The notes under the pieces: model-generated
Told to the model about the DNA's origin: nothing
What the model saw: the letters and a program-made list of their open reading frames with translations, nothing else
Database searches by the model: none
Part shown: in pieces, positions 18,496 to 26,115 of the stretch
How the letters are laid out: each line of letters starts with the position of its first letter
How positions within the stretch are numbered: the stretch's first letter is position 1
Assembly: GCA_963720265.1 (NCBI GenBank)
Contig: CAVRET010000002.1
Span: 456,704-520,703 of the forward strand
Reading direction: 5' to 3'
DNA from: an uncultured bacterium
GTDB taxonomy: Bacteria > Patescibacteriota > Saccharimonadia > UBA4664
Length of the DNA: 64,000 bases
Made by a program: the position numbers and the translations under genes

Positions 18496-19671
18496 ATGGC
18501 AGCCAAGAGTAAACGCAAAACAACTAAAGCAACCAAAACTAATACTGGTTCGGGACGACGCATCCTCGGAATGACCAGATCCCCTAACCAATGGGCCCTA
18601 TATGGCTTCCTGGTGGTGGTTGTCGCACTCGGCGGTTATTTAATTTACAACGCCACCCGCGCCGCCTCTCAACCTGAACTCAAGTCCGACCTAGCGGGGG
18701 GCTACTGCCTCACCGACGATAACAATGGTGGCGCAGGCTCACTTGTTTCAGCCTATTTGTGTAACGGAGGAGCTGACCAGTACTTCAGCACCCGCAGCGC
18801 CGCGAACGGCCCCGAACTCGCCGTCGGCGCGGGCTGCCTGGTACCCCAAGGCAGTTCCTCCACCAGACTTGGTGGCCCTGATGTCGCCATTGGCTCGTGC
18901 GGAAGCTCCACTGCCGACGCTGCTTGGGGTGGTCTCTGGACGACAGGGACCTCCGGTGACGGCAATAGGTACTACAGGAACAATCGCACCGGAGAGTGTC
19001 TGCATGCTACTGCCGGTAGCTCAGTCACCGTCGCCGCCTGTGACACTGGCGCTGCCAGCATGCAGTGGATTCCCTCTACCTACAGTAGTAGTGGCGGGGG
19101 TGGCGGGTCCACGCCCAAGCCGCCAGTTGGAGGGGGCACCGGCTACAACGACCCGCTCCGGGCTGTACAGGCCAATGGCTCGTTAAAACGGGAAAGAGTC
19201 GACCAGGGCGTTGATTATGACGGAAATGGACCGGTCTACGCCGTTGGCCCGGGCATCATTACGAACACCAACAACTCCGGTTGGCCAGAGGGTAATTTCA
19301 TCAGCGAAGAGCTCACCCAAGCGCCGGCCAGTACTTACCATGTATATGTATACGTAGCCGAGACCTGCACGCCAACTGTCTCTGTCGGAGAACACGTCAC
19401 CTCGAACACGGTAATCTGCGATATGCATACCGGTGGGACTGGCATCGAAACCGGATTCGCGGTACCCGGAGAGCCTGAAGCAATGCCGCTAATAGGTCAT
19501 GGCTGTTTTACCGACGGCACTGTGCCCCCGACCATCTTTGGATTAGCGTACGATGCAGTGCTTCAGGCACTCGGTGCTCCTGGCGGCACAATCACACCTG
19601 GCACAACCCAATGCCAGGGCACGTGGCCGAGCAATTGGCCTTCACAGAGCTCAATTTCCAACCTGTTCTAG
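18496..19671 (+). CDS. Membrane-anchored protein: ricin-B-like lectin domain, Gly/Ser linker, and a C-terminal M23/LytM-like (degenerate) peptidase-like domain
   Basis: K-rich N-terminus with a TM helix (ALYGFLVVVVALGGYLIYNATRAAS). QxW-type beta-trefoil motifs (CLHATAG...CDTGAASMQWI). SSSGGGGGS linker. C-terminal 'DQGVDYDGNGPVYAVGPGII...GNFI...HVYVYV...GEHV...ICDMHTGGTGIETGF' resembles the M23 topology. An AT-rich promoter region lies upstream. Confidence 0.6.
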   Translation: MAAKSKRKTTKATKTNTGSGRRILGMTRSPNQWALYGFLVVVVALGGYLIYNATRAASQPELKSDLAGGYCLTDDNNGGAGSLVSAYLCNGGADQYFSTRSAANGPELAVGAGCLVPQGSSSTRLGGPDVAIGSCGSSTADAAWGGLWTTGTSGDGNRYYRNNRTGECLHATAGSSVTVAACDTGAASMQWIPSTYSSSGGGGGSTPKPPVGGGTGYNDPLRAVQANGSLKRERVDQGVDYDGNGPVYAVGPGIITNTNNSGWPEGNFISEELTQAPASTYHVYVYVAETCTPTVSVGEHVTSNTVICDMHTGGTGIETGFAVPGEPEAMPLIGHGCFTDGTVPPTIFGLAYDAVLQALGAPGGTITPGTTQCQGTWPSNWPSQSSISNLF

Positions 19672-19698
19672 GCCAGCAGTAGAGTAGAATAGAAGCCC

Positions 19699-19740
19699 CC
19701 GGAAAAAGGAAGCGCCACAGCTTCCTTTTCCCGTAGCAGA
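19699..19740 (+). terminator. Rho-independent terminator after 18496..19671
   Basis: ggaaaaaggaagc-gccaca-gcttccttttcc stem-loop followed by a T-rich tract. Confidence 0.6.
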
Positions 19741-19805
19741 AATCCTTTACTTTTTCTAAGCACAAGCAGTATCATAAAAACCAAAGCTAAATTTAAGGGC
19801 ACTCT

Positions 19806-20825
19806 ATGCCATCCCAAAAAACAAAAAAGTCCAAGAGCAAAAGCTCAAGATCCCAAGCAAAAACGATAACATTTGGTCGTTCCTGGCTCGTCTTGAGCCG
19901 TCGTCCATTCCTATCACTAATGACTCTGGCCTTCGCCGTGCTATTCGTGGCCGTCGGAGGCTACCTTATCTACAACGCCACCCGCGCAGCGTCTTCCTAC
20001 GTCGAGCTCCGTGCCGGCAATCTTAATGGCTATTGCGTTGATAGTTCTAACATTGAGAACTGCGATTCCTCGAATCCGAACCGGGTTTGGCTCTATATGT
20101 CTGGGAACTTCGCCATCAAGAGTGAGGCCGGGCTTTGCCTTGATGACTGGAACCATGGCGTCCAAACGCAAAACGGCACCAAGTACAGGGTGCCTGTTCA
20201 CTACACCACATGCTACGGTGACACCGACCAGGAGTGGCACTGGAGCGGCAGTCGGCTTCAGAGCAATGCGAGTGGCGGTTGCCTTAATGGCCTGGGCGGG
20301 ACGACCACCCCGGGCACGCCACTTGGTGTCTACACATGCAATTCCGGATCAAACGAGCTCTTCTATGAGACCTCGGTCAACGTCAGTAGTAGCGGCGGCG
20401 GCGGTAGTGGTGGTGGCTACAGCTGCGCTGGTTATAGCCGCCTTGCTAACAGCGTTCCTGGCCCGCTCGTAACCGACGCTTCTTCCTCCGAGTGTGCGAG
20501 TGCCAACAAATATATGGCTCAGTACGGCATGGACACCGCTTCTCAAATGCAATGCCTCAGCAGCGTCTGGATCTGGGAAAGCGGTTGGAGATGGAATGCC
20601 CAATATCCTGATACCACGCCGTATACTGGGGCTTACGGTATTCCTCAGTCCGACCCGGGCAGCAAAATGGCATCAGCCGGCTCCGATTGGCTCACCAACC
20701 CCGACACGCAAATTAAATGGGGCGTTGGATACGTCGCCGGTGCCTATGACCATGACGCCTGCAGCGCTTGGTACTCTGAGACCCACAACGGCGGCTACGT
20801 CCTAATCGGTGGTAAATACTTCTAG
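19806..20825 (+). CDS. Paralogous membrane-anchored protein: ricin-B-like lectin domain, Gly-rich linker, and a C-terminal lysozyme-like or peptidoglycan-hydrolase-like domain
   Basis: Shares the N-terminal 'GGYLIYNATRAAS' anchor with the previous gene. QxW motifs (DQEWHW). C-terminal 'WIWESGWRWNAQYP...GAYGIPQSDPGSKMASAGSDWLTNPDTQIKWGVGYVAGAY...CSAWY' matches a motif I recall from Gram-positive and phage cell-wall lysins. Confidence 0.6.
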   Translation: MPSQKTKKSKSKSSRSQAKTITFGRSWLVLSRRPFLSLMTLAFAVLFVAVGGYLIYNATRAASSYVELRAGNLNGYCVDSSNIENCDSSNPNRVWLYMSGNFAIKSEAGLCLDDWNHGVQTQNGTKYRVPVHYTTCYGDTDQEWHWSGSRLQSNASGGCLNGLGGTTTPGTPLGVYTCNSGSNELFYETSVNVSSSGGGGSGGGYSCAGYSRLANSVPGPLVTDASSSECASANKYMAQYGMDTASQMQCLSSVWIWESGWRWNAQYPDTTPYTGAYGIPQSDPGSKMASAGSDWLTNPDTQIKWGVGYVAGAYDHDACSAWYSETHNGGYVLIGGKYF

Positions 20826-20874
20826 AACATGCATTAGCTAAGGCACCTTGAGCCAAAGCAATTAATTGCAAAAA

Positions 20875-20920
20875 GAACAGTAAAGGCGCCAAAAACAAAG
20901 GCCCTTTACTGTTCTTTGTT
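20875..20920 (+). terminator. Rho-independent terminator after 19806..20825
   Basis: 12-bp stem gaacagtaaagg ... cctttactgttc followed by tttgtt. Confidence 0.7.
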
Positions 20921-21086
20921 CAATCAAGCTGAACGAAACACAAAGCTTAACACAAAGCTTAACCGTTATTGACTTTTATATACTTATATGGTAAAATCTT
21001 CTTAAGATAGAAGGCTGTAACATAGTTTCAGCTCCTCGTCTTGGACATGGAAATTTGGACCTCGAGCCGAGGAGGCATCAGGCATC

Positions 21087-21617
21087 ATGAGGATTTTCGA
21101 ACCAGTTGTCGGATTTCTGGCGGCCACCGCGGCCGTCGCGGCCCTTGTAACCGTGGCCGCCGGCCCGGCTGGAGCGCAGACGCGCTACCCGTCGCCGACC
21201 GGCACGGTCTACGGCGTTGAACACGACCTCTCGCGCGGTGAGATCACCGCGTTGAGGAAGGGAGCGATCCACCCGGCCGCGTACCCCATCATGATCAGCG
21301 TGAACGGCCATCCGCGCCAGTTTGGTGCCGAGCTGACCTTCGGCGAATACGTCGGCTTCTGGCTGGTCGAGCGCGGTCAGCCCGCTCAGGTGGAGTACAA
21401 CCAGTATGTCAGGCTGGGCCCGCCGATCTCGAGATGGAACGGCATGCCCGTATACCGCTACCGAGGGACCGGCGAGTTGCAGGGCTGGACGTACTTCGTC
21501 TACGACCACCACCAGGGCGTCAACGCCCTGCTGGTACTACAGGGCAGGTCGGCCTTCCTGACCTACTGCACCCTCTGGCGGCTCTTCGACCAGGCCAATA
21601 TGGGGCAAGCTCCCTAA
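21087..21617 (+). CDS. Secreted hypothetical protein, GC-rich
   Basis: Signal peptide 'MRIFEPVVGFLAATAAVAALVTVAAGPAGAQ'. Aromatic-rich mature part. The antisense ORF is junk-like. Confidence 0.5.
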   Translation: MRIFEPVVGFLAATAAVAALVTVAAGPAGAQTRYPSPTGTVYGVEHDLSRGEITALRKGAIHPAAYPIMISVNGHPRQFGAELTFGEYVGFWLVERGQPAQVEYNQYVRLGPPISRWNGMPVYRYRGTGELQGWTYFVYDHHQGVNALLVLQGRSAFLTYCTLWRLFDQANMGQAP

Positions 21618-21761
21618 CGGCACCGACCGACACCATGTCCCAGGCCCCGGTTGCGCTATGCGCGCCCGGGGCCTCGGCATGTCTGTACCGTCTACATACT
21701 CCGGAACTGCGCCGCCGGCACCATTGACCGCATGTCATACATCACCCATACTGGGCGCATC

Positions 21762-22565
21762 ATGAAACTTCTTTACCTTGGCGACATTATGGGACGGCCC
21801 GGCCGCGATACGGTCAAGCAACTCCTGCCGGATATCATTCACAAACACGGCGTCGATTTCGTGGTCGCGCAGGGCGAGAACCTGTCCTCGGGTAAGGGCA
21901 TGCAAATCAAAACCACCGAAGACATGTTGGACGCCGGCATCAATTTCTTCACCGGCGGCGATTGGACGCTCCACCGCGAAGAAATCTACCCCTGGCTCGA
22001 GGACCCGGCGCGTCCTGTTATCCGCCCAGCCAATTATCCCGACGGTACGCCCGGCCGTGGCTACAAGCTTGTAGATACGCCTCACGGACGCCTGCTCATC
22101 GTAAGCCTCTTGGGCCAAACCGTCGGCTACCGCGCGCCCGAAGATTTGCAAAACCCGCTCACCACCATTGATCGCATCCTGGAAGAAACGAAGCGCGAAA
22201 AACTCATCGGCCGCATCGTTAACTTCCACGGCGACTTCTCCAGCGAAAAACTGGTTATCGGCCACTACCTCGACGGCCGTGTCACGGCCGTTATCGGCGA
22301 CCACTGGCACGTGCCCACGGCCGACGCCCTTATCTTGCCTGGCGGCACCGTCCACATCACCGACGTCGGCATGGTTGGCAGCCGCGATTCCTCTCTGGGC
22401 ATCAAAACCGATGTTATTATCCGGCGCTGGCTCACCGGCGAACATTCCAGAAACGAACTCGAAACCGATGGCACAATGCAGTTTTGTGGCTTGTTAATAG
22501 GCATTAATACAGCCACCGGCCTCGCAACCGAGGTCAGCCAACTGATTGACTTTGTAAAAACCTAG
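21762..22565 (+). CDS. ymdB: YmdB-family metallophosphoesterase (2',3'-cyclic-nucleotide phosphodiesterase)
   Basis: 'MKLLYLGDIMGRPGRDTVKQLLPDI...VVAQGENLSSGKG...GDHWHVPTAD'. Start set at the internal Met. Conserved rny-ymdB neighbourhood. Confidence 0.85.
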   Translation: MKLLYLGDIMGRPGRDTVKQLLPDIIHKHGVDFVVAQGENLSSGKGMQIKTTEDMLDAGINFFTGGDWTLHREEIYPWLEDPARPVIRPANYPDGTPGRGYKLVDTPHGRLLIVSLLGQTVGYRAPEDLQNPLTTIDRILEETKREKLIGRIVNFHGDFSSEKLVIGHYLDGRVTAVIGDHWHVPTADALILPGGTVHITDVGMVGSRDSSLGIKTDVIIRRWLTGEHSRNELETDGTMQFCGLLIGINTATGLATEVSQLIDFVKT

Positions 22566-22622
22566 ACTTTACCCTGAGAAAGTATATCGGTACAGTAAGG
22601 GATAGTTAAGTTCGGAGCATCC

Positions 22623-22895
22623 ATGACCAAACAACAGTTAATCGAGACCCTGGCTGCCGAAACCAATATGACCAAGCGCCAGGTAGAGAAGACCCTCAGT
22701 ACATTTGTTAATATCGTGGAACGCACCGTAGCTAGAGGTGAAAAAGTCTCAATCACCGGCTTCGGCACGTTCGACCTCGGCAAGCGCGCCGCCCGCCGCG
22801 GCGTCAACCCGCAAACCGGCGCCGAGATCCAGATCCCGGAGATGGCCATGCCGCGCTTCCGTGCCGGCAAACGCCTCAAAGAAGCCCTGCGCTAG
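22623..22895 (+). CDS. hup: DNA-binding protein HU
   Basis: 90 aa. 'MTKQQLIETLAAETNMTKRQVEKTL...GFGTFDLGKRAARRGVNPQTGAEIQIP'. Confidence 0.9.
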   Translation: MTKQQLIETLAAETNMTKRQVEKTLSTFVNIVERTVARGEKVSITGFGTFDLGKRAARRGVNPQTGAEIQIPEMAMPRFRAGKRLKEALR

Positions 22896-22960
22896 TCAGT
22901 TTCTAACCTCATTTTGAGTCTGATATACTTTCTTTGTCCTGCTAGTGAGCTGGAGGAAGT

Positions 22961-23980
22961 ATGTATGTATTCGTGCACGAGCGGCGCGCTGAGCTTGTCT
23001 TCGGCACGCTCTTGGAGGCCCTCGCGGCCAATCGTTACCCGTACAGCCGTGATGACGTCCGGGTGACACAAGACCACCGGCACCTCCCGGACAATTTGCC
23101 GCTCGGTGGAATCGAGCACGCCTCGTTTTTGTTTGTACTGTGCTACTGGATGCGCGGCGGCATTGATTCAATCGCCGCCGCCAAGGAGCTCGCAGGGCTT
23201 TACCAAGATTGCCCGCGCCTGTTCGATTTCAACTACGCGGCTAGGCTCGATCCCGAAGACACAGCTTTCTGGTTGAGCCAGATCCTCATCGTGCATGGGC
23301 TTGGCTTTAACGCCAAGCTCATCGCGGGCTATTGGATCGAAAATGCCAAGCGAATAGTCGAATGCTACGGTGGAGACCCGCGCCGCATCTTCGACGGCGT
23401 CGGCACCTACAATGAAGCGCTGGCCCGCGTTTGCAACCGCGGCCAAACGGGCTTCAAGGGGTTTCAGGAGAAAATGACCAGCATGCTCCTGTATTTTTAC
23501 CGGTCCGAGCAGATGATCGACGACTTCATGTATGCCATTGCGGTCGACTTTCACGTCCTCCGCCTGCTCGTGGCCACTGGGGCGCTGCGGGTCGAAAACC
23601 CGCCAACCAACGGTAATCTGCTCAGCCCGGAGCTTAAGGAAGCAGCCCGCTCTCTCTCAATGCGCTATACCGAGGCTCACGATTGCACGCCGCTCCAACT
23701 GAGCGACGCGCTCTGGCTGTTCTCCGGCGCGATGTGCTCGGTGCAACCGGGCAACACCATGCTCGCACCCAACGGCCGACAGCCCGGCCAGGACCGAGCC
23801 ACACGCTTGGTTCCGCTGGCCGTCAGCTTCGGAAACCGGACCCAGCGCCGTGCCTACGAGCGATCCTGCGGGCTATGCCCAATCGAGCGGCATTGCGAGC
23901 TCAACGTGCCGGCAGCTCCCTACTACAACTGGGGACAGCTGCTGGTCAGTCAGCGCCTGCGGTTTCCGCTGCTGTTCTAA
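22961..23980 (+). CDS. HhH-GPD-superfamily DNA-glycosylase-like protein (diverged)
   Basis: 'VDFHVLRLL' resembles the EndoIII 'VDTHIFRV' region. C-terminal 'CGLCPIERHC' is a C-x2-C-x5-C partial Fe-S loop; the first Cys of the canonical four is absent. A stem-loop follows the gene at about 24016-24043. Confidence 0.4.
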   Translation: MYVFVHERRAELVFGTLLEALAANRYPYSRDDVRVTQDHRHLPDNLPLGGIEHASFLFVLCYWMRGGIDSIAAAKELAGLYQDCPRLFDFNYAARLDPEDTAFWLSQILIVHGLGFNAKLIAGYWIENAKRIVECYGGDPRRIFDGVGTYNEALARVCNRGQTGFKGFQEKMTSMLLYFYRSEQMIDDFMYAIAVDFHVLRLLVATGALRVENPPTNGNLLSPELKEAARSLSMRYTEAHDCTPLQLSDALWLFSGAMCSVQPGNTMLAPNGRQPGQDRATRLVPLAVSFGNRTQRRAYERSCGLCPIERHCELNVPAAPYYNWGQLLVSQRLRFPLLF

Positions 23981-24177
23981 CCGGCGGCCGGGGCGACGAC
24001 GACCCCGACCGCCCAAGACTGGAGGCTGCTTCCAGTCTTAATTAATGTATGAACTTCAGACGGCCGTGATATACTGGGTGCCGGGCACCCAGCCCTTCAC
24101 GCATAAATCTAATTAATAATTCCTGGTACCCCTTAGCGGACACGTTACGAACTCTAAGCCCGTAGTGATTGTTAATA

Positions 24178-24945
24178 CTAAAGCTCAAACACCGTCACAA
24201 TTGGCAAATGGTCGGACGCCTTGCTTAGGGGCAAATCAGTCTCAAGAACTTTCATATCACGAGTTGCGAACATGTAATCAAGCCGCCAAGTGAAGGGGTC
24301 CGCCTTATGATTAGTGTCGTGGTATTGAAAGGGCATCGTTGGGAAAGATGGCTGACTATCAACCGGATCCGCCTGCATCAGTGACCTCCTGAGGGACTGG
24401 ATAATGTAAGAATCAGGATCCGCGTTGAAGTCCCCAGCAAGTACAAATCTCTCTGTTCGATTGCCTATTGCCTCAACAAGTCGGTCAGACTCAGCCTTCC
24501 GGTGTTCAGTCATTTCAAAATAGGGTGAGTACGACAGCTGAGTCGTTCCAACTGTCAATTCGCCTGAGGGCGTAACAAACGTGCCCTCTATATATACCCG
24601 GTCATAATTCGAAGCATCATGTTTGTCGGAATCGCCGCGGTTAATGAGTGTATGGCTAAAGCTCTTCACCCCATGCCTACCGAACAAGCCGACACCCTCT
24701 ATCTTATGACGCTCACCGGCGCGCTGAATAGTGGGCACGAAGCTGTATGCGTAACCCAAATCGGCCACGAGCTCCGGAACGTTGATATCAGGATTAGCCT
24801 CAGAATCCTTTGTCATTTCCTGCAGGCATAAAATGTCAGCGTTAACAGATTTAATAAATTCTAGGGTTGGACCGACTGGGCTTTTCCAATATAGATTCCA
24901 GTTCAGAATTTTTAACTTCATGGAACAATTATAGGTTGCTCTCAA
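24178..24945 (-). CDS. Endonuclease/exonuclease/phosphatase (EEP) family protein
   Basis: 'LKILNWNLYWKSPVGP...ADILCLQEM...' N-terminal EEP motifs and 'SDHLPIVTVFEL' at the C-terminus. Confidence 0.85.
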   Translation of the reverse strand: MRATYNCSMKLKILNWNLYWKSPVGPTLEFIKSVNADILCLQEMTKDSEANPDINVPELVADLGYAYSFVPTIQRAGERHKIEGVGLFGRHGVKSFSHTLINRGDSDKHDASNYDRVYIEGTFVTPSGELTVGTTQLSYSPYFEMTEHRKAESDRLVEAIGNRTERFVLAGDFNADPDSYIIQSLRRSLMQADPVDSQPSFPTMPFQYHDTNHKADPFTWRLDYMFATRDMKVLETDLPLSKASDHLPIVTVFEL

Positions 24946-24979
24946 GGACCGACGTAGCCAAAAATAAGCATAACAACTT

Positions 24980-25056
24980 TGGTACCCCCGGCAGGACTCG
25001 AACCTGCGACCATTGGCTTAGAAGTCCACTGCTCTATCCAGCTGAGCTACGGGGGC
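24980..25056 (-). tRNA. tRNA-Arg (anticodon TCT), CCA encoded
   Basis: Reverse complement gives GCCCCCG-TA-GCTCAGCTGGATAGAGC...CTTCTAA...GCAGGTTCGAGTCCTGC-CGGGGGT-A-CCA. Acceptor, D arm and T arm are perfect. The anticodon stem has only 3 of 5 pairs. Confidence 0.65.
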
Positions 25057-25081
25057 TCATGTCGTCATAATACAAAAATGG

Positions 25082-25152
25082 TGCGGGTGGAGGGAGTCGA
25101 ACCCTCGTAACCTGCTTGGAAGGCAGGCGCACTGCCGTTATGCTACACCCGC
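25082..25152 (-). tRNA. tRNA-Gly (anticodon TCC)
   Basis: GCGGGTG-TA-GCAT-AACGGCA-GTGC-G-CCTGC-CTTCCAA-GCAGG-TTAC-GAGGG-TTCGACT-CCCTC-CACCCGC-A. All stems pair. CCA is not encoded. Confidence 0.85.
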
Positions 25153-25259
25153 GCAGCAAGCACACCTACTATACCAGCGAGCGACCATAAGCACAAATAA
25201 ATCCCGGGCGCATGCTTCCCGGGATTTATCGCGGACTTGGACTTAAAACAACGAGCGGC

Positions 25260-25730
25260 CTACAGGCAGCCCTGGCTAACCCATTGGTTCCAATCATTCT
25301 GGCACCAATTCGAACTATAGCAACACCACTTGCCGTTGCTCCAATAGCCCATTTGGCTGTAGTTGTACCACTTGCCGTTGTACATCATGCCGCCATTGTT
25401 GCCGTAGTTGTTACCACTGTTCGCGTAGTAAATGCTACCGCCACCGTAGTTATTGTTGCCGTAGTTGCTACCACCGCCATTGCTGTAGTAAATGCTACCG
25501 CCACCGTAGTTATTGTTGTTGTAGTTGCCACCTTGGTTGCCATAGCTATTGCCATAGCGGTTGCTACTATTGTAGTTGCTGTACAACGCCGGCTTCTGGT
25601 TGTTGCAGTTGCAATTGTTGCCGCGGTTCATGTCGCCCGAATTGCCAGCCAGAGCGCTTGCTCCGCCGAGCGCCACGATCCCTGCTGCAACGGCCAAGCC
25701 GCCACCATACCTAATTAATAATGTTTTCAC
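25260..25730 (-). CDS. Secreted Gly/Asn/Tyr-rich low-complexity repeat protein with a Cys/Trp-rich C-terminus
   Basis: Signal peptide 'MKTLLIRYGGGLAVAAGIVALGGASALA'. Internal tandem repeat NYGGGSIYYxNxG(x)NYGNN, with a matching ~60-bp DNA repeat at about 25430-25530. The plus-strand ORF 25212..25718 is its antisense. Confidence 0.5.
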   Translation of the reverse strand: MKTLLIRYGGGLAVAAGIVALGGASALAGNSGDMNRGNNCNCNNQKPALYSNYNSSNRYGNSYGNQGGNYNNNNYGGGSIYYSNGGGSNYGNNNYGGGSIYYANSGNNYGNNGGMMYNGKWYNYSQMGYWSNGKWCCYSSNWCQNDWNQWVSQGCL

Positions 25731-25890
25731 GCACCCTCCTTATTGGATTTATTAGTTGTTACAACTGTTCAGAATAGCGCACTAACGGTATATAAGTACA
25801 AAAAAAGTTACAAAAATCCGGCACCAAATCGCTCAAAATTTGGGAATATTGTCAGTCACACGAAATGTCGGGTAAAATGAATTAGTCCTG

Positions 25891-25965
25891 GTCGGGGTGA
25901 AAGGACTCGAACCTTCGACCTCCTGCTCCCAAAGCAGGCGCGCTAGCCAACTGCGCCACACCCCG
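25891..25965 (-). tRNA. tRNA-Pro (anticodon TGG), CCA encoded
   Basis: CGGGGTG-TG-GCGC-AGTTGGCTA-GCGC-G-CCTGC-TTTGGGA-GCAGG-AGGTC-GAAGG-TTCGAGT-CCTTT-CACCCCG-A-CC(A). Confidence 0.85.
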
Positions 25966-26037
25966 ATAACCTTGCCATTATACTAGATTTTCAGGCTAGA
26001 ATACGGTAAAGTACCTAAGTTAAAAACCATTTCCCAT

Positions 26038-26115
26038 GGCGGGAGTAGCTCAGTTGGTTAGAGCGACGGGTTGTGGTCCCGTAGGTCGTGGGTTCGAGCC
26101 CCATCTCTCGCCCCA
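26038..26115 (+). tRNA. tRNA-His (anticodon GTG) with genomically encoded G-1 and CCA
   Basis: G(-1)-GCGGGAG-TA-GCTC-AGTTGGTTA-GAGC-G-ACGGG-TTGTGGT-CCCGT-AGGTC-GTGGG-TTCGAGC-CCCAT-CTCTCGC-C-CCA. The extra 5' G pairs with C73. Confidence 0.9.

Noticed and set aside
21735-22445. 236-aa minus-strand ORF antisense to ymdB
   Set aside because: It lies fully within the conserved YmdB coding region and has a D/A/G/V-rich composition without motifs.
25212-25718. 168-aa plus-strand ORF (A/V/T-rich with repeats)
   Set aside because: It is the mirror image of the minus-strand G/N/Y-rich repeat ORF. The minus strand has a proper signal peptide, while the plus-strand product is pure hydrophobic low complexity.
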